DNA of 64,000 nucleotides from Eledone cirrhosa (Eukaryota). Below, piece by piece: positions 53,848 to 64,000 of the stretch; position 1 is the stretch's first letter, and every line of letters begins with the position of its first letter. Position numbers and translations under genes: made by a program. The stretch is taken from positions 38,068,001-38,132,000 of the forward strand of contig OZ024741.1 of NCBI GenBank assembly GCA_964016885.1. Direction: 5' to 3'. The notes under the pieces are model-generated. The model worked only from the letters and a program-made list of their open reading frames with translations. It was not told where the DNA came from and searched no databases.

Positions 53848-54538
53848 CATGTTGTTTGTTGGTTGTTTGTTCTATGTGTGTGTGTGTTTTCATTTTGTCC
53901 TTAATTGTAAGTTGTGATGTTGCTGTTCCACTCATATTTTCTATTTAATTTTGGTTGTAATTCTTTTATGCTTACTGCCTCTGTAATTTGCCTAAACATT
54001 GCATCTTTTCTGTGTGTGGATTCTATTTTTATTTCTATGTTCTCTAATTTACCCTTGTGCTCTATCTTAGCATGTTGGTAGAGCACAGATGATTCTTTAT
54101 TATCTTGAAGGTCTCGCCAGTGTCATTTATTCGTTCCCCTATACTACGAGCTGTCTCACCTATGTACACTATATTTTTGTTTCTACATTGTCCTTCAGTA
54201 CATCTTATGCTATACACTACATTTCTAGTTTTACAGTTAATATGGGGTCTTATGTTACAGGTTATACATTTCTTATATATACATGAGGGTCTTTGGAACG
54301 GGTATGTCTTGCTAATAAGTGTTTTTACGGAGGTACCTGGTACCTGGAACAAACAACCAACCAACAACATGTAAATAAATAAATAAATAAATAAATAAAC
54401 AAATAGATAAATGAACACAAACACACACAGACACCCGGATGTGGCGCATGCGCAAACTGAGCACACAACACACACACAGAAACAAAATGGCGTAGGACAG
54501 AAGAAAGGAAAGGCACAGAAACAAAGAAAGGAATCCCC

Positions 54539-54583
54539 AGTCACTGAAGAGGTCACAGAGAGTGTGACGAAAGGACTATGACT
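54539..54583 (+). ncRNA. Minimal hammerhead ribozyme
   Basis: agtca-CTGAAGA-g gtcac/gtgac-GAAA-ggac-TA-tgact. Confidence 0.72.
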
Positions 54584-54741
54584 ATATATAAACAACTGTC
54601 TGGTTGTGGAACCAGCCAACCAACCAGAAATTTATAAGTTTGTAGATTTGTAAATTTATAAATTTATAAATATATAATAAATTGAAGTGAAAGCAACTGG
54701 TGCGTGTGTTTCTTATTGGCAACATGACCCTCCCAAAGTAT

Positions 54742-54852
<111 letters not shown>

Positions 54853-54857
54853 TGTGC

Positions 54858-54913
<56 letters not shown>

Positions 54914-55084
54914 ATGTATGTATATATATATGTAAGTGTATATATATATATGTATATATGTATATGTATATATTTATATATGTATATGTATATATGTATA
55001 TGTATATATGTATATATATATATGTATATGTATATATATATGTATATACATATATATGTATATATATATATATATATATGTATA

Positions 55085-55220
55085 TATGTAGGAGGTGAGT
55101 TTTATTGTAGTACAATAAAGCTATGAAGATATCGGATAAGAATCACTCTACAGTTTGTAGGACTGGAGTATACATAATATATAAGATCAAAAGATGTAAC
55201 CATCTTTTGATCTTATATGT
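55085..55220 (-). mobile_element. Terminal stub of the 22795 Penelope pLTR family with a short inversion
   Basis: Matches 22795-22902; atataagatcaaaagatg/catcttttgatcttatat hairpin. Confidence 0.7.
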
Positions 55221-55520
55221 ATATATATATATGTATATATATATGTATGTATATATATATGTATATGTATATATGTATGTATATATATATGTATATGTAT
55301 ATATATATGTGTATATATATATATGTATATATATGTATATATATATATATGTGTGTATATATGTGTGTATATATATGTATATATGTATGTATATATGTGT
55401 ATATGTGTATGTATGTGTGTGTATATATATATGTATATATATATATGTATATATATATGTATATGTATATGTATGTATATATGCGTGGATATATATACGT
55501 ATATATATATATATTTACCT

Positions 55521-55926
55521 TCCGGGAGAGATGACCCCTTAGCCTTTGTCAAGGCAGTATTCTAGGAGAAGGAAAACTCTGATATAACACCTGCAACCCT
55601 GATGGTATCCAATGATGTTGACTTGTTCTTCTTTTTGGTAAATATCATCTTGGTTAAGCGAGTGGGACTGGCTTTGTGCAGTGCCTTTGCTCACTATAAA
55701 AGCTTCACGGCACAGGCATTGCTTTATATCTGAAGATCTCTCTGCACTTGTCGTCACATGGGCCCAGAACTATGTGTCAGTAATTGTCACAAGTGTAGTG
55801 TTTGTACCAGAGTTTTCAAGTCGCTGGCTGGACTAAAAAGTCACACACGTTCAGTGTATTAGTAGGGGTTCTCCTACATGGATATAAAGTAGTGGCCGTA
55901 CTCGAAAACGAGTTGGCAGCCACCAT
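55521..55926 (+). mobile_element. Non-autonomous RTE-derived short element, 5'-truncated
   Basis: Matches 60543-60954. Confidence 0.9.
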
Positions 55927-55979
55927 GTATGTATGTATGTATGTATGTATGTATGTATGTATGTATGTATGTATGTATG

Positions 55980-58900
55980 TGAAGAACCCCTAGCCCTTGT
56001 CAGGGCATTCTTCTAGGAGAAGGCATCTCAGGAAACTGGGTTAACTCCGATATAAAACCTGCGGCTCAGTAGTTACCGATGATGTTGATCTTTTCTTCTT
56101 TTCGGGTTATAGCTACTGTCGCTCAGAGAGTGGGATTGGCTCAGTGCACAGTCTTTCCTCACTTTAAAAATATTCGTCACGCACAGGCATTGCACGAGTG
56201 CATTAATAATTATTAATAGTGTACTACTATTATTATTATTATTATTCCTATTATTATTACTTTTTTTTTTCCCAATTCAATGATGTTCCAGAACAAGGTA
56301 AAAGAGATAATTGGCAATTTAGGTTCTGGAACAAAAAAGATCATTGGCAATAAGGGCAGGGGCCCCAGGTTATCACAGCCTGGGCCCGCTCGTCATCGTG
56401 CCATTTTAATAGAGCCAAACAAGGCATTTAGTCTTGGTTGCTGGAACGTAAGGACGCTGCTTGACAAGGATTCCTTGGAGCGTCCTGAACGAAGGACCGC
56501 TCTTGTTGCAAAGGAGCTTCGACGTTACGATCTTGACATCGTGGCTTTATCTGAGACAGGTTAGCTGGAGATGGTCATCTTATGGAATTTTGTGGAGAAT
56601 ATACATTCTTCTGGAAAGGAAGAGATGAAGGAACCAGAAGAGAGGCTGGGGTAGGATTTGCTGTTAAGACTGTACTTGTGAATAAATTAGAAGAATTCCC
56701 AGTAGGGATTAGTGAGCGTCTTATGTCCATGAGAGTTCCACTGGACAGAGGAAGATATGCTACCCTGGTGAGTGTGTATGCTCCAACTATGAATTCTGTC
56801 GATGAGGAAAAACTGTCCTTTTACCATGCCTTGAAAGGTGTTCTAAGAAATTTCCCTCAGGCAGACAAAGTCATCGTGCTTGATGACTTTAATGCTAGAG
56901 TGGGTAGGGATTTTAACACATGGAATGTAATCGGAAGGCATGGGGTGGGAAAGTGTAACAGCAATGGTATGCTGCTGCTGCAGATGTGTGAGGGGCTGTA
57001 TCTGTGTTACCAACACCATGTTCCAACAAAAGAACAAGTTCAAGACCACATGGATGCATCCTGCATCTAAGGAATGGCATCTTTTGGACTACGTCCTAGT
57101 CAGGATGCGTGACAGACAGGATGTGCAGTGTGTTCGTGTTCTTCGTGGAGCTGAGTGCTGGACGGACCACCGCCGGGTACGCGCAAAAGTGAAACTAATC
57201 ACCAAACGTAAAATCCGGGCTCCTGGTGTTACCCTGCCCAAAAGATTGAATGCTGCTCGTCTTAAGGATAAAAATGTGAAGAGGACATTGGAAGAAGAGA
57301 TGCAGGCTGCAGATCTTGGTGAGGATTGGCCGACCCTTAAAAAGTCGGTTTATGATGTAGGCAGGCGTGTTCTGGGATTGGTGCAGAGAAAACATCAGGA
57401 CTGGTTTAATGAGAATGATGTACATATAGAAGACTTGTTGGCTGATAAGAGGCGTGCTCTGTCACGCTACTTGACGGCAAAACCACAGGATAGGAATACG
57501 TTGCATGAGGAGCCCAGGGATGTAAAATCACGTGTTAGGCGGAGTCTTTCTCAGATGAAGGATCAGTGGTGGAGTTAGAAGGCTGGTGAGATACAAACTG
57601 CGTCTGATTCCAATAACACAAAGCTGTTGTACAGTCTCTTGCGTGAGGTTTATGGACCGTCTTCTTCTCTGGTGACACCGCTTCGCAGCAAGGATGGCAA
57701 AGAACTTCTTCGTGACTCACAGGGAATTCTACGAAGGTGGCGAGAGCACTTTGATGATCTTTTGAATCAGTCGTCTGTCGTCAGTGAAGATTTCCTCAAT
57801 ACCATTCCAGAAAGTCCTGTGAAAGTAGCTCTCGCAGAACCTCCGACGCTTGTGGAGGTTGCAGTGGCTATTTCGAAGCTGAACAGTGGAAGATCTCCAG
57901 GTATGGATGGCATACATGCTGAGCTCCTACAATATGGTGGTGAGAGACTCCTGCAACATCTGCACTCTTTGTTTGGAAGGATATGGGCTAATGAATCCGT
58001 ACCTGAGGACTGGAGAGATGCAGTAATGGTGGTCTTGTACAAGGGAAAGGGTAACAGGAATGATTGTGGGAACTACAGAGGTATATCATTGCTTTCTGTC
58101 GTAGGGAAAGTTTTATGTAGGGTGCTTCTGGACCGTCTGCTGACACACATTGCAGATTGTGTTCTTCCTGAAAGTCAATCTGGTTTTCGTGCTGGACGCG
58201 GCACTACTGATATGATCTTCTCAGCTAGACAGCTCCAGGAGAAGTGCATTGAACAAGGCTTGGATCTGTATCAGGTTTTTGTCGATCTGACAAAGGCTTT
58301 CGATACTTTCAACAGAGAGGCATTATGGAAGGTTCTCCAGAAACTTGGTTGCTCTGAAAAGTTCCATGCTTTAGTTAGGTCTTTCCATGACGACATGAAG
58401 GCTTGGGTTAATGTCGGAGGTAACATGTCGGAGCCTATCTCAGTAAAAAATGGAGTGAAACAGGGGGATATTCCAGCACCGACCCTGTTTGCCATATACT
58501 TTGCAATGGTTTTCTGTATTGCATTCAGGAATTGCGAGCATGGTGTTTACATCCGATATCGAACCTCAGGCAGCATATTTAACATCAGGCGCTTTGCTGC
58601 AAAGACAAAAGTAGTTACATCAATCATAAGAGACCTCTTGTATGCAGATGATTGCGATCTTGTAGCGCACACAGAGAGTGATATGCAGCACATTTTGAGT
58701 GCATTTTCTGACGCTTGCACTGCCCTGGGTTTGACTGTCAGTCTCAAGAAAACCGTCGTCATGTACCAACCTGCCCCTAGTTAGCAGTACACTGAACCAA
58801 ACATCTATGTGTATGGCAAACGACTTGGAGTGGTTGATCAGTTTGTCTACCTGGGAAGCACTGTCAATCGATACGGCAACCTTGACAGTGAAATCTCACT

Positions 58901-60018
58901 TAGGATTAGGAAAGCAAGTGATGCTTTCGGAAAGCTAGAAAGGCGACTCTGGGGTCGGCGAGACATATGCAGGAGGACAAAGGTAAAGGTGTACAGGGCA
59001 TGTGTACTCTCTTGTCTTCTTTATGCCTGCGAGACCTGGGTCACATATCGACACCACCTTAAGCAATTGGAGCGTTTCCATCAGATGTGTCTCAGACGGA
59101 TCCATGGCGTTCACTGGAGGGACCACATCAGTGATGTCGAGATTTTGGAAAGCTCTATGTGTGACAGTATAGAAGCTCTTGTGCTTAAGCAACGACTCCG
59201 TTGGAGTGGTCACCTTGCCAGGATGAAGGATTCTAGAATACCAAAACAACTCTTTTATGGAGAGTTGGTTAAAGGAAAACGACCTCCACGTAAACCAAAA
59301 AGGAGGTATAAGGATTCCTTGAAAACCTCTCTGAAAGACGCTAACATCTCTGCTGATACATGGGAGAATATTGCTGCTGATCGTAATAAATGGAGAAAGA
59401 CTGTATATGAGGGAAAAGTTGCTTTTGAGGCATCTCGAATCGCATACGAGAAAGTAAAGCGGGATGTGAGGAAGGGCATTGCTGTTTCACTTCCAGACGG
59501 CGAGGGTCCTTCTATGGTGCTGACATGCAGCGTATGTGCGAGACTCTGCCTAAGCAAAGCTGGACTCGAAAGTCATCTTCGCAGTCATAAAGTAAGACCA
59601 GTGGTTGACTACCAGGCTGCTGTTGGAGATGCTACTCATCATGCTTGCCAAACATGTGGTAGAGAATGTAAATCAACAGGAGGGCTCAAGCGACATGCAA
59701 AAGTACACGAACTCCAACCACAGCCGACTATTCCCAGTGAATGTTTTGGTTGCCGACTCTGTGCAAGACATTTTAGATCATTGGCTGGGCTAAAAAGCCA
59801 CATTCGATCGCAGCACTGTTAGTTGTTATCGTGTGTGTGTGTGTGTAGATATGCTTATCTGCGTGCGTGTTTGTGTATATATATATGAATATGTATATTA
59901 TTATTGTTGTTGTCGTTATTATTATTATTGCTATTATTATTATTATTATTATTATTGTTATTAATGTATGTGTGTGTGTATGTGTGCGTGTGTGTATGTA
60001 TGTGTGTATGTATATATG

Positions 60019-60057
<39 letters not shown>

Positions 60058-60070
60058 TTTTTTTTTTTTT

Positions 60071-60148
<78 letters not shown>

Positions 60149-60242
60149 TTATTTTATTTCATTTTATTTTATTTTTATTTATTTTTTTTCTTTCTTCTCG
60201 TGCAATGGCCATACTCGATAACGAGGGGGCAGCCATCATCAT
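55980..60242 (+). mobile_element. Near-full-length RTE-clade LINE
   Basis: 5' UTR, single decayed ORF, 3' end ...gcagccatcatc(ATGT)n. Confidence 0.92.
56280..59822 (+). pseudogene. RTE ORF: APE endonuclease + RT + three C2H2 zinc fingers, with stops/frameshifts
   Basis: WNVRTLLD, ALSET, SVYAPT, DFNARVG, TDH; NYRGISLLS, FVDLTKAFD, GVKQG, YADD; three CxxC...H..H motifs. Confidence 0.93.
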
Positions 60243-60344
60243 GTATGTATGTATGTATGTATGTATGTATGTATGTATGTATGTATGTATGTATGTATGT
60301 ATGTATGTATGTATGTATGTATGTATGTATGTATGTATGTGTAT

Positions 60345-60954
60345 GTCAGGTCACCAGTTGGTGCTACTGGTAACATGTATCCCAGTACAACCTGTCTCAT
60401 GGTCGGGTCGTTGGCGACTAAACTGGCAACCCCACCAAGGTTTCTTGGTGAGGAGGGTGACTTTGGACATCCTGCAGGACTAAAAACAAAACCTGTCAAA
60501 GGGCAAAGGAGCTCTTAAGAGTCAATGACCATCCAAAATCACCGGGAGAGATGACCCCTTAGCCTTTGTCAAGGCAGAATTCTAGGAGAAGGAAAACTCT
60601 GATATAACACCTGCAACCTTGATGGTATCCAATGATGTTGACTTGTTCTTCTTTTTGGTAAATATCATCTTGGTTAAGAGAGTGGGACTGGCTTTGTGCA
60701 GTGCCTTTGCTCACTATAAAAGCTTCACGGCACAGGCATTGCTTTATATCTGGAGATCTCTCTGCACTTGTCGTCACATGGTACCATGGGCCCAGCACTA
60801 TGTGTCAATAATTGTCACAAGTGTAGTGTTTGTACCAGAGTTTTCAAGTCGCTGGCTGGACTAAAAAGTCACACTCATGCAACGCTTCGGTAGGGGTTCT
60901 CCTACATGGATATAAAGTAGTGGCCGTACTCGAAAACGAGTTGGCAGCCACCAT
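60345..60954 (+). mobile_element. Non-autonomous RTE-derived short element, longest copy
   Basis: Middle resembles the RTE 5' UTR at 55981-56196; 3' part resembles the last zinc finger and 3' UTR of the RTE; (ATGT)n tail. Confidence 0.9.
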
Positions 60955-61483
60955 GTATGTATGTATGTATGTATGTATGTATGTATGTATGTATGTATGT
61001 ATGCATGTATGTATGTGTGTACGTGTGTGAGTAGATAAGTATATATCTAAAGATATTACACATGTATGGGCATACACATAAACAAATATATAGCTAAATG
61101 CGTATATAATTCTATGGAGCGACTCAATATACACACAAGCATAGCAAGTAGACGATGCCGTTCAAACACACGCAGACAGTGCCACACATACATACGTACT
61201 TTGATATACTAACATAAACACGCGCGCATACAAGCAGACACACATATACAAGGCATTAACAAATTTGAAAGTATAGTCACCCAAATACGAGTAACTATAA
61301 TAATAATTTAGAAGTATGAATAATAGTACAGTAGATCAGCAAAGTGTCTGTTGAAAGAGAAATATGTGGACAGAGATGATTGCGGAGAGGTGAACTATGC
61401 ATCCATCGTATGTGGTACTTTGCTTGACTTATTCAGCTTTTATTTATAATTATCAACTACTATTATAGTTCTTTGGATTGTGG

Positions 61484-61525
<42 letters not shown>

Positions 61526-61842
61526 ACCCTTATTTCAGCCTTAAAGAATTAGCTTCTACAGAATTTCCAGTTTCTTTAAACCAATCAACCCCACCTATCC
61601 TGTAGACACCTGTCTTACAGGCATTGTTGGTTTAAGAGATAAATAAGGATTGGTATTCCAAATTTGAATTTGTTTACAGTATTCTTTCTGCCTTTGTTAA
61701 TATTATAGGTTTAAAGAATTAGCTTTTAATGAACTCCTTTTCTTTAAATCCATCAACCAATGACTTCCACCCATCCCAAACCCCACCCTCTACTACCACC
61801 AGAAAATAAAAGATATAAATACCACCACTTACTTGGACAGCC

Positions 61843-61893
61843 AGCTTCCTGATGATTTATCACGAATGAAACCCTTCTACTCTTGTAGAAGCT
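61843..61893 (+). ncRNA. Hammerhead-like motif
   Basis: agcttc-CTGATGA-...-GAAA-...-GTA-gaagct: 6-bp stem I, weak stems II/III. Confidence 0.55.
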
Positions 61894-61901
61894 CTTCTAT
61901 A

Positions 61902-61974
<73 letters not shown>

Positions 61975-62175
61975 GTGTGCGTGTGTGTGCGTGTGTGTGT
62001 GTGTGTGCGTGTGTGTATTGTTTAGGGATTGTAACGTCCAGTTACTGTAGGTTCAGCAAAGTCCGACAAGCTTTTGATTCCAGAGTCGGGCCCGATCGAT
62101 GCAGATCGAGCCTTGAACTGATCAATCGCGAAACACGCGTCACACCTCAATAAATATAATGATGATATAACACCT

Positions 62176-62868
62176 CGTTTGGCAGTATTGGTAGAGGGTC
62201 GGACGCCATGCTTTGCAGCATAGATTTACGACCCTTTACAGTCTGAGTTCGAATCCTGCCGAGGTTAACTTTGCCTTTCATCCTTACGGGGTCGATAAAA
62301 TAAAGTACCAGTAATGCACTGGGGTAATTGCTGGCCTTTTGCCAAAGTAGAAACAATTATTACACACACACACATATATATGTATATATATATATAATGG
62401 CTTCTGCTTTAGGTACAATGCCAACAATTTTGGGAGAAGGTGAAGTCTATTAAATCGACTCCAGTGCGTTACTGGTACTTTATTTTATCTATAAAGGAAC
62501 GATCGACTTTCGTCAAATCGGACCGAGGGAACAATGTTTCCGTTGGTCTTTCCAATTGCTAATACTATCTATCGGTCGCAACTCCAGGTAGAAGGAGCAA
62601 CGTGAAATAAAGTGTCTTGCTCAAGGACATAACGCATCGCCTGGTCCAGGAATGGAACTCACAACCTTACTATTGCGAATCCAATTCTCTAACCACTCAG
62701 CCACACGCCTTCACTCATTTTATCTATATCATATATAATTGTTTCTACTATTCGCACAAGGCCAGCAATTACCCAGTACATTACTGAACTCAGAATGGCA
62801 AGGGCCGTAACTCTATGCGTCAAAGAATGGCGTCCGACCCTCTACCGATACTGCCAATTCACCGCCCT
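62176..62868. mobile_element. SINE cluster (62176-62358 +; 62397-62490 -; 62585-62715 -; 62736-62868 -)
   Basis: B-box gagttcgaatcc and shared SINE cores. Confidence 0.75.
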
Positions 62869-63009
62869 CTATATCATATATAATTGTTTCTATTTTAGAT
62901 CATATAAAATGAAATAGAATAACATCTAGAAACAGTCGTATCCAATATAAATGCTTCCATCTTCCAGCGACACACGGCTGTATACATGGCCCCTTATACA
63001 CACACACAT

Positions 63010-63068
<59 letters not shown>

Positions 63069-63172
63069 ATATTAATAAATGGAAACTATATTTATAAAAC
63101 CATATTTATTTTATTATATATATTTCAAGGGCAACCAAGGTAAATTATGGTGCGCTTTATAAAACAAATCTG

Positions 63173-63238
63173 TATTTTATCTGATGAAAGCGCACCATAA
63201 TTTGCCTTGGTTGCCCTTGAAATATGTATAATAAAATA
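63173..63238 (+). ncRNA. Minimal hammerhead ribozyme in an inverted pLTR-like repeat (63065-63365)
   Basis: tattttat-CTGATGA-aagcgcacca..tggttgccctt-GAAA-tatgta-TA-ataaaata; partial inverted copy at 63095-63158. Confidence 0.75.
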
Positions 63239-63360
63239 AATATGGTTTTTATAAATTTATTAATATATTGTGTATTTACTCCACTAACATGTTGAGTGCT
63301 TTATATCAGTTATAAAAAATGTTTAAGCTTGTTGAATCCCAACAAATTAAATATAACCTC

Positions 63361-63396
<36 letters not shown>

Positions 63397-63401
<5 letters not shown>

Positions 63402-64000
63402 TATGAAGAGAGAAGAAACATTTAGATATAATTAGTAATAAAATGTATCATACCTAAACTGTTCCTAAATTCCTCGACTACGTAGTTTCGTGGCATAAAC
63501 AAAATCAATATATCAAAGATATAGAGTCCTTGCGAGGTCTGCTTGCGAGGTCTGCCGACTTATCAAGAGGATACCTCATTTTACTAGTCTCAAGAACGCG
63601 TCTACACGACGTGAGAAAGAATCCCAAAAGGCGGAGGGGGAGACAGTCACGCGATATAACGGTCGAGAAACAGAGCTAAGCCTCTTATAACCACGAAGAA
63701 AATACCACGGAGGCGGAGGGGGTATTCATATCGAGGCCGTAGAAGAGGTAGTGAAGAAGGCGAGAAGTATGAGTAATGGAAGCTTTCCAGTTGTCCCCAC
63801 ACTTCAAAGATTGCTCGACCAGAGGGAGTTATTAATATATTTAGAAACACACAGATACATGCGGACACACACATATATACATGAATGCATCCGCACCCAA
63901 CTGTGAGTTAAGGGTGCCAACTTCACCGATGTTGCTCAATGAATGACTGGGACAGACTAATTCAGTTTGAACCAGACTGAACCAGTATCAGAGTTAAAAA
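63397..64000 (-). mobile_element. 591-nt retrozyme-like unit, runs off the window end
   Basis: Nearly identical to 51318-51908, same left terminus after (TA)n; hammerhead at 63471-63571 with a short duplication in loop II. Confidence 0.85.

Noticed and set aside
60345-60430. HDV-like or twister ribozyme at the 5' end of the short RTE element
   Set aside because: Could not assign the required pairings consistently in both families; kept only as an unassigned structured head
62015-62150. Hammerhead-like 3' half (GAAA-cacgcg-TC-acac)
   Set aside because: No properly placed CUGANGA-type core adjacent to a stem I

Overview
AT-rich, microsatellite-saturated eukaryotic DNA. The tRNA-derived SINE family and repeat landscape point to an octopus/cephalopod genome (inference). 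Almost all ORFs in the supplied track are (TA)n/(TACA)n/(CA)n artefacts. Real content: one host exon (MAK16 C-terminus, minus strand); a near-intact two-ORF Tx1/L1-like LINE in (AAT)n; a decayed near-full-length RTE LINE with three C-terminal C2H2 fingers plus nine copies of a ~610-bp internally deleted RTE derivative; an R4/Dong-like RLE-LINE; a CR1 fragment; four Penelope-like (RT/GIY-YIG) remnants; a Helitron, MITEs and SINEs. The main unexplained signal is about 24 hand-folded type I hammerhead ribozyme motifs (several decayed) from roughly a dozen sequence families. Several lie in non-coding, tandem or terminally redundant units of 591-593, 408 and 324 nt that look like retrozymes (candidate self-cleaving circular-RNA retroelements). 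At least four families carry the compensated U3-A8 core variant (UUGAUAA/UUGAAAA) instead of CUGANGA. All RNA folds were read by eye, not computed.
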